The notes: generated by a model not told the origin, from the letters alone. DNA of 32,000 nucleotides from Promethearchaeum syntrophicum (GCF_008000775.2 NZ_CP042905.2:1-32000); one strand, 5' to 3'; counted from the first letter of the stretch, positions 1 through 9,540 are shown. Program-made: numbers and translations.

Positions 1-261
1 TTTTATATATGACAAATACGAAGTTAAATTAATTAGAAAAATTTAAAACATATTTCTATAGTTAAAAAACTTTTTTCATAAATTTTAAATAAGATCTTGT
101 AAATTCCATTCAATTTTTAAAATATATTAACGCCTAAATCTTAGAGTATTAATTTTTAGGTTAACAATGCAATTTAAATATAATCTCGACAAAAATCAAT
201 AAGTGTGTAATTTCACTCATATTGGAGGATATTGGGTGAATAGTTGTGGGTGTGAATTTAA

Positions 262-1551
262 ATGTTTGATATAGAGAATTACTTTGAAAATTTTGTAAAA
301 ACAAATAAAATTTTTGAAGAACGAAACATATTACGACCAGAATTTGTACCTAAAATTCTTCCTCATCGAGATATTCAAATTAGGAAGATAGCGGAAATAG
401 TTGCTTGCACTTTAAAAAACTCAAAACCTTCAAATATTTTTCTCTTTGGAAAAACCGGAACCGGAAAAACTGCTGTTATAAATTATGTTAAGGATCATCT
501 CAATAATCAATGCAGAAATTCAGATATTCATGAACCTAAATGGGTTTCTTTAAATTGTCAACAAGTAAATACCGGATATAGAGTGTTAGCTCGAATTTGT
601 AATGATTTAGATCCTGATGACCCAGTACCTATAGCAGGTTGGCCGATAGATGTAGTTTTTGACAAACTAATTGAAAAATTAGATACTTTTGTCCACGGAA
701 TTTGCTTTATAATTTTAGATGAAATAGATATCTTAGTTAAAAAAATGGCAAAATCACATGATATTCTGTATAATTTAGCTCGAATTAATTCAAGGCTAAA
801 ACACGCTAAAGTTAATATAATCGGAATATCAAATGTTTTAAATTTTAAAAATGCATTAGATCCTCGAGTTTTAAGTAGTTTAGGGGAGGAAGAAATTGTT
901 TTTCCTGCTTATAATGCCAATGAATTAAAAGAAATTTTGAATCAAAGAGCGAATTCTGCATTCCAAAATGGTGCTTTAACACTTGAAATCATCTCTTTAT
1001 GTGCTGCTTTAGCGGCAAAAGAACATGGGGATGCCAGAAAAGCATTGGATCTACTTAGAAAAGCAGGAGAACTTGCTGAAAGGCGCCAATCTCCTAATAT
1101 CACCCCCGATTTTGTGTATTTTGCCCAAGACGATATAGAAAAAGATAAAATGAAAGAATATTGCGAGAGTCTTCCACTTCAAAATAAAACAATTTTATTA
1201 AGTATTTATTCAATGCAAAAATACCGATCAGGGAATGCAATTATCACAGGTGATGTTTATACATGCTATTTAGAACTGCAGAAACAAATCCCAGGTTTAA
1301 ATAAATTATCGCAACGTCGTGTTTCTGAAATTATTCGTGAATTGGATCTTTCAGGCATATTGAATGCACAAATTAAATCAAATGGAAGGTATGGAAGAAC
1401 TAAATTCATAAATCTGAATATACCTTTAGAAAATTTGAACACATTTTTAATTAATGATAACCGTTTGAATGATTTGTTTGATTACAGACCTAGATGCATT
1501 GAATCAAATACTACTTGTTTTAAAGGACAAAAATACATAAAACTGGGTTAA
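262..1551 (+). CDS. cdc6: Orc1/Cdc6 family replication initiator (AAA+ ATPase with C-terminal winged helix)
   Basis: 429 aa ORF; Walker A GKTGTGKTAVI, Walker B IILDEIDIL, C-terminal segment consistent with winged-helix (RVSEIIRELDLSGIL). Adjacent to the PolD small subunit gene. Confidence 0.93.
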   Translation: MFDIENYFENFVKTNKIFEERNILRPEFVPKILPHRDIQIRKIAEIVACTLKNSKPSNIFLFGKTGTGKTAVINYVKDHLNNQCRNSDIHEPKWVSLNCQQVNTGYRVLARICNDLDPDDPVPIAGWPIDVVFDKLIEKLDTFVHGICFIILDEIDILVKKMAKSHDILYNLARINSRLKHAKVNIIGISNVLNFKNALDPRVLSSLGEEEIVFPAYNANELKEILNQRANSAFQNGALTLEIISLCAALAAKEHGDARKALDLLRKAGELAERRQSPNITPDFVYFAQDDIEKDKMKEYCESLPLQNKTILLSIYSMQKYRSGNAIITGDVYTCYLELQKQIPGLNKLSQRRVSEIIRELDLSGILNAQIKSNGRYGRTKFINLNIPLENLNTFLINDNRLNDLFDYRPRCIESNTTCFKGQKYIKLG

Positions 1552-2231
1552 CTAAATTCCCATTTTTCTCTTTTCTCAACTAAATCCTCAAGTAATTTAA
1601 GAGTTTCTTCATTATTTGTTATATTTAGTTTTATAAATACACGTCCTAAATGAGGACAGAATTTTTTTTGCTTTTTACGAAGTTTAATGTATTCTGGGCA
1701 ATTATGAGTTATTTTTCGAATCTTTGGAGAGATTACAAAATGATAGGAAATCTTTTTTCCACTTTCATCTTTATCTTCTATGTTTCCGCTAATTGAATCG
1801 ACAAAATCTATTTTATCTATTGAAAGTGCTTTACTTCTGATTAAGCTGGCTTTCTTTTTGGTCGATGGATCAATTAAATCATCTTCAAATATTTCAAATT
1901 TCATTTTCTCATCAATTTGTATAGGCGGACGCCAAGAATTGCTTAAAATGTTATTGATTTTTTCAATTTTATCTTCTCCTTTATCTTGCCATTTTTCAAA
2001 CTCAACTTTTAGTGGATTACTCAGAGAAACCTCTTCAGATTTAGAATCTTCAACTAAATATTCCAAATCCAATGCTTCTCTAACAATTTTTTTAACTTCT
2101 CCTAATGAAGCTAAAAATAATTCAAATGTCAAGAAATTATAGAGTTCATCTATGTTTATTGAAGGACTATCAATTATTTTCCAAATATATAAAATTCTTT
2201 GACGTTTATCTGAAGGAACACTGAAATTCAT
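1548..2231 (-). CDS. Conserved hypothetical protein with a C-terminal SWIM-like (HxC...CxH) zinc motif
   Basis: 227 aa ORF whose start overlaps the DP1 stop region and whose end overlaps the cdc6 stop; C-terminal KITHNCPEYIKLRKKQKKFCPHLGRVFIKL resembles a SWIM zinc motif with the first Cys replaced by His. Confidence 0.7.
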   Translation of the reverse strand: MNFSVPSDKRQRILYIWKIIDSPSINIDELYNFLTFELFLASLGEVKKIVREALDLEYLVEDSKSEEVSLSNPLKVEFEKWQDKGEDKIEKINNILSNSWRPPIQIDEKMKFEIFEDDLIDPSTKKKASLIRSKALSIDKIDFVDSISGNIEDKDESGKKISYHFVISPKIRKITHNCPEYIKLRKKQKKFCPHLGRVFIKLNITNNEETLKLLEDLVEKREKWEFS

Positions 2232-4084
2232 TTTAAATCACTAACCAAATTAATTACTTGAGGAACTAGTTTGTCTTTTATATTAACGATAGTCGGTTTT
2301 CCATAGTCGGGAATGATACCCAGACTTTTCATGAAATCAGTTTGGGCTTGGAAGCATCCAGAATTAACCAATAAGATACCATGATAAAATCCATAGCCAT
2401 TTTTATGTAGATGACCTGTATGCAGTATATCTGGAACTTCATCTAACACTAACCAATCTTTATTAACTGGAGCAAGTTCAGTTTTTCTTCCATAACTGGG
2501 TACTAAATGGCGCGCGTGTATCATTTCTTTCATTGAATTAAAAGGATCATCGTTATTTAGTCCTGGAATCATCATGTTTATATCTATTAAAGAAGTCCCG
2601 TGAAATAATTCAGTTTTAATTCCGTGTAAACTAACTAAACTTGGACAGCCTACCATTTCTATATCTAAATCATACAATCCTTTAGCTAAATATTTGGGAA
2701 TAGCTGGTGCTGGGACAGCTTTTCGAACACCATCATGATCTCCTGGAGATATGATAATTTTAATATAATCAGGAATTTCTGAAAGATAATTTGCGGTGGC
2801 TTCATATTGTTTGTAAATATCAGTAATTAACAATCTTTTATCTTGGTTCGGGTATACTCCAATGCCATCAACGATATCCCCAGTTATACATAAATATTTT
2901 ATTTTTCCTGCTTGTTTAATTTGTTTATCAGTACCCACTCTACAATTAATGTAATCAACAAATCTATTCCATACTTTTTCAAGCCAATCCTTGCTTCCAA
3001 AGTGGGTATCTGAAATTAAACAAATCGCCAAATCTTCATCAGGAAAATTTATTAAATGGTCTTTAGGAGTGTCAGGAAAGATAATATCATTAATTAATAC
3101 AATTTTTGAATTCGTATCTTGATTAACATTCAAATATCCATCTACTATAACAACATGATCTGGGAGCAATCTTGGAATTAAATCATAGCATTTTTGAGAT
3201 TCTTGTCTAACTAATGAGATACAAGTGCCAGTAGGGTCTTCAAATTCAATTAAATATTTTTTTTTCATAGTTTGCTTTTTACTTACAACCATACCGATGA
3301 ATTTCACATTTACGGAGTTGTTTAATCTATTAATCATGTTTATTTCAAGTATTCCTGAAGCTTCTGGTCTTTTTTTCAAGATATTACTAAGTTTATCGAA
3401 TTTATCCTTTTGAACAGCAAGAAACTCTTCGATTTTGCCCTCTGTATGGAGATATTTTGTTGGATCTTTCAAGATTTTTATTTCGGGGCTATAATCTGAG
3501 GCAATGGCTTTAAATGTTGAAGTGCTTCTCCTCAATTTCAGAGGTTCCCATTTTCCTTTTTTATTATCTGTTATCTTTTCACTTTTATTCTTATGTATTG
3601 GTTTTTCATCAAGTTTTATTTTTGGTTCAGGAATTTTTTCAATTTCTGTAATTTCCAAAGAATCATCACTCTCTGATTCTCTAACTTTATCATCCCCTAA
3701 ATCCATTTTTGAGATCGGGAATAAAACATTTTTACTTTGTGAGTTGTTTTTTTTTAGTGATTTTTCTTCTAATTTACTGTCTTTTTTATTTTGTGTTATT
3801 TCTATGTTTTCAGATTTCTCTTTCGATTGAATATTATTAGTTTTTAGACTTTTTCCTTCAAAATTTTTAAAGATTTCTAAAAAATCTCTTTGAATTGTAT
3901 TCATAGTAATATGGGAGTTAAAATTTGGAGAAAATGATAATGATTGAATTATTTCCTCAAGTTGTTGACCATTAATACCCAATTTATTTAAATATAATAA
4001 TGCTTTCGGGGATATATTTATTCCTGAAGAATTTAATTTATCTAAAAGAGAATTTACTGATGGAATATGTATAGAAGTTGTCAT
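2228..4084 (-). CDS. polB: DNA polymerase D small subunit DP1 (calcineurin-like phosphoesterase fold)
   Basis: 618 aa; motifs LISDTHFGSKDW, GDIVDGIGVYPNQD, SPGDHDGVR, HTGHLH; charged low-complexity linker in the N-terminal half. Confidence 0.93.
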   Translation of the reverse strand: MTTSIHIPSVNSLLDKLNSSGINISPKALLYLNKLGINGQQLEEIIQSLSFSPNFNSHITMNTIQRDFLEIFKNFEGKSLKTNNIQSKEKSENIEITQNKKDSKLEEKSLKKNNSQSKNVLFPISKMDLGDDKVRESESDDSLEITEIEKIPEPKIKLDEKPIHKNKSEKITDNKKGKWEPLKLRRSTSTFKAIASDYSPEIKILKDPTKYLHTEGKIEEFLAVQKDKFDKLSNILKKRPEASGILEINMINRLNNSVNVKFIGMVVSKKQTMKKKYLIEFEDPTGTCISLVRQESQKCYDLIPRLLPDHVVIVDGYLNVNQDTNSKIVLINDIIFPDTPKDHLINFPDEDLAICLISDTHFGSKDWLEKVWNRFVDYINCRVGTDKQIKQAGKIKYLCITGDIVDGIGVYPNQDKRLLITDIYKQYEATANYLSEIPDYIKIIISPGDHDGVRKAVPAPAIPKYLAKGLYDLDIEMVGCPSLVSLHGIKTELFHGTSLIDINMMIPGLNNDDPFNSMKEMIHARHLVPSYGRKTELAPVNKDWLVLDEVPDILHTGHLHKNGYGFYHGILLVNSGCFQAQTDFMKSLGIIPDYGKPTIVNIKDKLVPQVINLVSDLK

Positions 4085-4291
4085 AGGTTATTATTACCCC
4101 GAAAATTGTTATTGAATTTATTTTTTTTAAATTCTAACAGATCTAAGATTTTTTAGGATTTACTTTGTAACTAGAGTCTTTATTTTAAATTACTCCTATT
4201 AACTCTAAAACTTCTGATGTTAATTCACTGATAGTTTCAATTTTAAACAATTGAAGTTTTTAAATATAATATAAAGAAGGAAAATGATTAC

Positions 4292-7200
4292 ATGCCTATA
4301 GTGTGCTCAGAAAAACAAACGAGATATTTTGATAAAATTGAAGCAGATGTCCTTAAAATCTATGAATTTGCGGAAGAAGCACGTAAAATTGGTGTGGACC
4401 CAGAATGTAAAGTAGAATGCCCCCCTGCAAAAGATATGGCAAGTAGAGTAGAGCAATTAGTAGGACCTACTGGTATTGCTGAGAAATTAAGGGAATGGAA
4501 AGAAAAGGGATATGATCAAGATGAAAGCTGTTTTAGAGCTATGGATTTAATTATCGAAGGTAAATTTGGAAAACATGACAACAATGAACTTGCAGATTTA
4601 GCAATTCGAGTGGCATTAGCTGTAAAAACTGAAGGAGTAGTTAGTGCTCCTCTTGAAGGTATTTCTAAAGTCGTAATTCGAGATAATAAAATTGGAGGAA
4701 AACCATATCTATCCCTTTATTTTGCAGGTCCTATACGAGCAGCAGGTGGAACTGTTCAAGCTTTTGCTGTTCTATGCGCAGAATATGTTCGTCAAAAAAT
4801 GAAAATTGCACCTTGGAAAGCAACTGATGAGGAATGTGAGAGATTTGTTGAAGAGGTTAAAATGTATGATCGAATTTTAAACTTACAATACCCATCAACA
4901 CACGAAGAAATCAGCTTTGCGGTTGATCATCTTACAATTGAACTTAACGGTGATCCAACAGAAACACAAGAAGTTTCAGCACATCGAGATTTACCCAGAA
5001 TTGACACAAATTTCGTACGGGGAGGACCATGTTTAGTGTTAAATGATGGATTATTACTTAAAGCAAAAAAAATTCAAAAAATAATCGATAAAAGAAAAAT
5101 ATCTGGATGGGATTGGTTAAAAAAGCTAAAAAAGCTTGGCCAAATTGATCAAACTAAAGAAGAAGATGCAGATGAAAAGGATAAATCTCAAAATTATGAT
5201 GGAGATTTATATAAAGGAAAAAATGTTGAAATTGAAGATACGTCTATGAAGAAAACTATAGATACACCTGTATTAAAAAGAAAAAGTATGTTAGAAGAAA
5301 AAAACCCTCCATTAAATAAATTCATTGCTGATGTTATTGCAGGTCGACCTGTTTTCGCTTTCCCATCTGAGATTGGAGGGCAACGAATTAGGTATGGAAG
5401 ATCTCGAAATACTGGATTAGCTGCATCTGGTATTCATCCCTCACAAATGTTTCTGTTGGAAAAATTTATGGCAATTGGAACACAAATTCGAATTGAACGC
5501 CCTGGAAAAAGTAGTTCCGTAATGCCTGTAACATCAATAGAACCTCCAATCGTTTTAATGAAAAATGGAGATGTCAAACAATTATGGAATATTAAAGAAG
5601 CACAAAAAATATCAGATAAAAGAAATACTGAAAAGATTTTATTTTTAGGCGATATTTTATTTGGATATGGAGAATTTGCAGAAAATAATCATATTATGCT
5701 TCCCTCTGGATATGTAGAGGAATGGTGGAGTGTTGAACTCGAAGATGAATTAAAGAAGAAAATTCAAAATAAGAAAAATCCCTTTGAAAATCTTCCTACT
5801 AGTATAAATAAAGAAAATATTGATAAAATGATTCAAAATCCATTTACTAATATTCCCACCGGTCAACAAGCTTTAGATCTTGCTATAAATTTCAATATCG
5901 GACTTCATCCAAGATATCTTGATCATTGGGGAAATATTAATGGAGTTGATTTGCTTAAATTTCGCGATGGATTTAAACAAGGGATTTTAGAGTTGTTTTC
6001 TCTGCAGGATATTGCTGAATTGAGTACATTTTCCACAGAAAACCTCAATGAGAAATTAAAAGACGGTCTTCTTATTTCTAATAATCCAAAAATCAAACAT
6101 ATACTAGAAAATGCTTTTGTTATTCATGATAGCGAAGACTCGCATCTTCGAATACATCAAAATCGAGCTATCATTTTTATCGAATTATTAGGTTTTGGTA
6201 AAACTGCAAAAAAAACCGATAAAATTGATAAAAAAGCCAAAGATCTGACCGCGTTAGACCTTTTTCCATATTTATCGACTATTGAAGTTCATGATAAAGC
6301 CCCTTATTATATGGGTAGCAGAATGGGGCGTCCAGAAAAAGCAAAAGAGCGAACTATGAGACCTCCCGTTCAATCTCTTTTTCCGATAGGACATGATGCG
6401 AAATTAGCGCGTTCATTTCAAAATGCGAGTCAGAAACCTAGTATTAAAATTGACATCTGCCAGAAAAAATGCCCTAAATGTGATGCAATTACTTTTTTGA
6501 ACTTATGCCCTAAATGTGGGACACATACAGAAATTCAGAAAATATGTCCTAATTGTAATGGTTTATATGAAAAGCAAGAAAATTTATGCCCAAAATGTCA
6601 AAGAGCTTTAGTCAATAGTTCAATAAAAAAAATATCATTTAAGACATATTTTGAAAACGCTTTAAAAAATATTCATAAAACAATTCCAACAATAAAGGGG
6701 GTTAAAGGTATGACTTCAGAGTATAAAATACCTGAACCCCTTGAAAAAGGAATCTTAAGGGCGATAAATAAAGTTTGGGTCTATAAAGATGGAACGATTC
6801 GAGCAGATTCTACAGATATTCCATTAACCCATTTTAATTGTAAAGAAATTGGAGTATCAGTTGAGAAAATAAAAGAACTCGGTTATGATAATGATACATA
6901 CGGTAATCCAATAATAGATGATTCCCAAATTATTGAACTCAAAGTTCAGGATGTTCTTTTAACTGATCATTTAGGAGATTATTTTGTTCGTGTTGCAAAA
7001 TTTGTAGATGATGAACTAGAATACTTATACAAAAAACCCAGATTTTATAATATTACTGATAAATATCAATTGATTGGACATTATATGGCGGGTTTAGCAC
7101 CTCATACGTCTGCAGCAATTATAGGCAGATTAATTGGATTCACTCAAGCAGAATCAGGTTATGCACACCCATATTGGCATGCTGCCAAAAGAAGAAATTC

Positions 7201-7954
7201 TGATGGAGATGAAGATGGAATTATGCTTTTACTTGAATGTTTATTGAATTTTTCAAGATATTATTTACCATCATCTCTTGGTGGAAAAATGGATGCGCCC
7301 CTTGTTATTTCTCTTCTCTTAGATCCTCTGGAAGTTGATTCTGAATCACATAATGTTGATTATGGTTCCAGATATCCCCTACAATTCTATCTAGATTCAC
7401 AAAAATACGTAAAACCTATAGAAATGAATGGTTATATGGATATATTTAAGCATCATTTGCGGAAAGAATCCCAATTTGAAGGATCAATGTTCACTCATCC
7501 AACTAAGTCAATCAATTTAGGTCCTCATAAATCAGCATATTCATTATTTAAAACAATGAATGAGAAAATAGATTCTCAATTATACCTCGCAAAAGTTATT
7601 TCTGCAGTTTATGAGCAGGAAGTTGCCAGAAAGGTAATTGGTTCCCATTTTGCGCCAGATATTTTAGGAAATCTTCGTGCTTTCTCCACTCAAACGTTTA
7701 GATGTGTCAGGTGTGGGGAAAAATTTAGGCGAATACCACTATCAGGTAAATGCACAAAATGCAAAGGCAAATTACTTCTAACAGTCACTTCTGGAGGGAT
7801 CAAAAAATATCTCCCAAAAGCTCAAGAAATGATTAAAGAATTTAATTTAGGCGCGTATACCGAGCAAAGATGGAAAATTATTGAGAAAAACGTCGCATCT
7901 CTTTGTGATAATCCGAAAATAAAACAACAAACAATTGCGTCTTTTTTTAAATAA
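4292..7954 (+). CDS. polC: DNA polymerase D large subunit DP2 (no intein)
   Basis: 1220 aa; RSRNTGLAASGIHPSQ, RRNSDGDEDGIMLLLECLLNFSRYYLPSSLGGKMDAPLV, CPKC...CPNC zinc fingers, CVRCGEKF...CTKC, C-terminal PIP-box. Confidence 0.97.
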   Translation: MPIVCSEKQTRYFDKIEADVLKIYEFAEEARKIGVDPECKVECPPAKDMASRVEQLVGPTGIAEKLREWKEKGYDQDESCFRAMDLIIEGKFGKHDNNELADLAIRVALAVKTEGVVSAPLEGISKVVIRDNKIGGKPYLSLYFAGPIRAAGGTVQAFAVLCAEYVRQKMKIAPWKATDEECERFVEEVKMYDRILNLQYPSTHEEISFAVDHLTIELNGDPTETQEVSAHRDLPRIDTNFVRGGPCLVLNDGLLLKAKKIQKIIDKRKISGWDWLKKLKKLGQIDQTKEEDADEKDKSQNYDGDLYKGKNVEIEDTSMKKTIDTPVLKRKSMLEEKNPPLNKFIADVIAGRPVFAFPSEIGGQRIRYGRSRNTGLAASGIHPSQMFLLEKFMAIGTQIRIERPGKSSSVMPVTSIEPPIVLMKNGDVKQLWNIKEAQKISDKRNTEKILFLGDILFGYGEFAENNHIMLPSGYVEEWWSVELEDELKKKIQNKKNPFENLPTSINKENIDKMIQNPFTNIPTGQQALDLAINFNIGLHPRYLDHWGNINGVDLLKFRDGFKQGILELFSLQDIAELSTFSTENLNEKLKDGLLISNNPKIKHILENAFVIHDSEDSHLRIHQNRAIIFIELLGFGKTAKKTDKIDKKAKDLTALDLFPYLSTIEVHDKAPYYMGSRMGRPEKAKERTMRPPVQSLFPIGHDAKLARSFQNASQKPSIKIDICQKKCPKCDAITFLNLCPKCGTHTEIQKICPNCNGLYEKQENLCPKCQRALVNSSIKKISFKTYFENALKNIHKTIPTIKGVKGMTSEYKIPEPLEKGILRAINKVWVYKDGTIRADSTDIPLTHFNCKEIGVSVEKIKELGYDNDTYGNPIIDDSQIIELKVQDVLLTDHLGDYFVRVAKFVDDELEYLYKKPRFYNITDKYQLIGHYMAGLAPHTSAAIIGRLIGFTQAESGYAHPYWHAAKRRNSDGDEDGIMLLLECLLNFSRYYLPSSLGGKMDAPLVISLLLDPLEVDSESHNVDYGSRYPLQFYLDSQKYVKPIEMNGYMDIFKHHLRKESQFEGSMFTHPTKSINLGPHKSAYSLFKTMNEKIDSQLYLAKVISAVYEQEVARKVIGSHFAPDILGNLRAFSTQTFRCVRCGEKFRRIPLSGKCTKCKGKLLLTVTSGGIKKYLPKAQEMIKEFNLGAYTEQRWKIIEKNVASLCDNPKIKQQTIASFFK
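7925..7948 (+). other. C-terminal PIP-box (PCNA-interacting peptide) of DP2, QQTIASFF
   Basis: Last residues KIKQQTIASFFK match Q-x-x-(I/L/M)-x-x-F-F. Confidence 0.75.
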
Positions 7955-8065
7955 TTTCATGGATTATATTTTCCTTCCTTATAGGATTGAATCCCAAACT
8001 TCTAATAGAAGTGACAGACTTTAATTAATATAAATAATGTACCATCTTCTTGGTGAAGTGAAGAA

Positions 8066-8272
8066 TTGAAAAAAAAAATCAATGAAGATCTCGAGGCATT
8101 CTCGAGAATTACTCTCCCTCAATCTGTTTTACAGCCTATAAGGTGCGACAACTGTCAAAAGCCTTTACCAAAACGTCATATTATCCACAAAAACATTTGC
8201 CAAGAACCCCCTGAGCATAAATTTTGTTCACGCGAATGTAAAGATAAATGGTGTGCAGAACACACGAAATAA
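8066..8272 (+). CDS. Small Zn-ribbon protein, DUF2116-like
   Basis: 68 aa; CDNCQKPLPK...KFCSRECKDKW (CxxC...CSxxC). Same strand and ~110 bp downstream of DP2. Confidence 0.7.
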   Translation: MKKKINEDLEAFSRITLPQSVLQPIRCDNCQKPLPKRHIIHKNICQEPPEHKFCSRECKDKWCAEHTK

Positions 8273-8308
8273 TATTTCACATTAAAAAAAAAAAACTTTT
8301 TTGAGATC

Positions 8309-8324
8309 ATACTTTTATTATAAA
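8309..8324 (+). promoter_or_regulatory. Candidate TATA box (box A) of tRNA-Ser
   Basis: AT-rich tttattataaa about 15-25 nt upstream of the mature 5' end. Confidence 0.35.
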
Positions 8325-8334
8325 GAGAATCCAA

Positions 8335-8449
8335 GCATGTGTAGCCAAGTGGTCGAAAAATAGCCAAATCGGCTGGATTTGCCAAAACGGCGCTGGACTT
8401 GAGATCCAGTGAGTTTTTGCTCTCATGGGTTCGAATCCCCTCACATGCG
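8335..8449 (+). tRNA. tRNA-Ser(UGA), class II, with a putative ~31-nt insertion/intron in the D-loop
   Basis: Acceptor GCATGTG/CACATGC (7/7 bp), anticodon arm CTGGA-CTTGAGA-TCCAG (anticodon TGA), variable arm GAG-TTTTTG-CTC, T-loop TTCGAAT, discriminator G. T stem ATGGG/CCCCT has one mismatch. D-loop is expanded; removing 8356-8386 gives 84 nt. Confidence 0.85.
8356..8386 (+). other. Candidate non-canonical archaeal tRNA intron in the D-loop of tRNA-Ser
   Basis: Flanked by a potential bulge-helix-bulge: exon TGGT pairs with intron GCCA (one G-U), 3-nt bulges CG|A and AA|A, inner hairpin AGCC-AAATC-GGCT. Confidence 0.6.
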
Positions 8450-8485
8450 TTATTTTTTCTTAATCTTTTTAATTTTTGAATCTTA

Positions 8486-9415
8486 TCAATTTGGTCCTTT
8501 GTACCAAAGAGGAATATAGGTTTTGAATCCATCATACCACTGGAAAATATTTTCTGCATTTTTTAGCATAAATTCGACTTCATTTTTGCCATAAGGAATC
8601 GCCCAATGAATAGATCCAACAGCATTTGTAACAACATACAACGTCATTAATCGAAAAAAGAGATCAGGGACATTATTGTTAAAATATCCATGAATTTGCC
8701 CTATTGTGAATGGGACACTCACCCTCCAAGAAAATATGCAACGATTAAATTCTTCCCACGGATCTCCATAATCCCCTCGATTAAAATCTACGACCCCTAA
8801 TCTGTCCTCTTTGGATATAATGAGATTACCCGTATGAAAATCTCCATGGTGTAAGACTTGTGGACGATTGGCCAAATAAGATTTATTTTCATGTATAAAT
8901 TGAATAAAATCAACATCATGGTCAAATTTTATCTTACATTTTGCATACATATTTAATTTATGTTGAATTTTATTCTTAAATCGCGGTTCCCATAGTGATT
9001 GATTGATAGGAGCAGGAATACTATGAATAGTTCTTAAAATTTTTCCAGCATTTACACCATGACGATATTGATTAGTAATACTTTGATTAGGTAATACATC
9101 TTCAGCATCTTCTCCTTCCATCCATGTGAATAATGAATATACGCGTGTCCCATTAGCACAAGTGCCAAAATCTAACGGATTCGATATATTAATTCCTAAT
9201 TTTGCAAGTGTTTTGATATTTTCATATTCTTGGAGTTTTAATTGATATTGAGAAATATCTGTAATACGCAGCAACATTTTTTCTCCGTTCTCATCTTCTA
9301 AGTAGTATTTCTTATCCGACGACCAACCCTTCATAATCGGTTGGATTTTTACCCAAGATGTATAATGAGGAATATCTTCAAGCTTATCAAATTGACTCAT
9401 GCAACAAGGACCCAC
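8486..9415 (-). CDS. Aminoglycoside phosphotransferase / choline kinase-like protein kinase-fold enzyme
   Basis: 309 aa; VLHHGDFHTGNLIISKEDRLGVVDFNRGDYGDPWEEFNR (catalytic HGDxHxxN and D-F-x-R). Confidence 0.85.
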   Translation of the reverse strand: MGPCCMSQFDKLEDIPHYTSWVKIQPIMKGWSSDKKYYLEDENGEKMLLRITDISQYQLKLQEYENIKTLAKLGINISNPLDFGTCANGTRVYSLFTWMEGEDAEDVLPNQSITNQYRHGVNAGKILRTIHSIPAPINQSLWEPRFKNKIQHKLNMYAKCKIKFDHDVDFIQFIHENKSYLANRPQVLHHGDFHTGNLIISKEDRLGVVDFNRGDYGDPWEEFNRCIFSWRVSVPFTIGQIHGYFNNNVPDLFFRLMTLYVVTNAVGSIHWAIPYGKNEVEFMLKNAENIFQWYDGFKTYIPLWYKGPN

Positions 9416-9540
9416 CTAGAATAATCATGGAACAAAAATGAACTTTACGGTTTTGTATCTTTGTGATTAGGATAAATAGTTTTTTATAAAGTCAAGTTGA
9501 ATTTAATGATATAACAATAAACATAAAAACATGATAAAAA

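Noticed and set aside
1780-2142. 120 aa plus-strand ORF
   Set aside because: Lies entirely antisense within the 227 aa minus-strand gene; Ser/Leu/Phe-rich composition typical of a shadow ORF.
4292-7954. Possible intein in DP2, common in this gene
   Set aside because: The 1220 aa protein reads through its conserved motifs with no homing-endonuclease or Hedgehog/intein blocks.
8176-8559. 127 aa minus-strand ORF
   Set aside because: Runs antisense across tRNA-Ser and overlaps two better-supported genes; composition is not protein-like.
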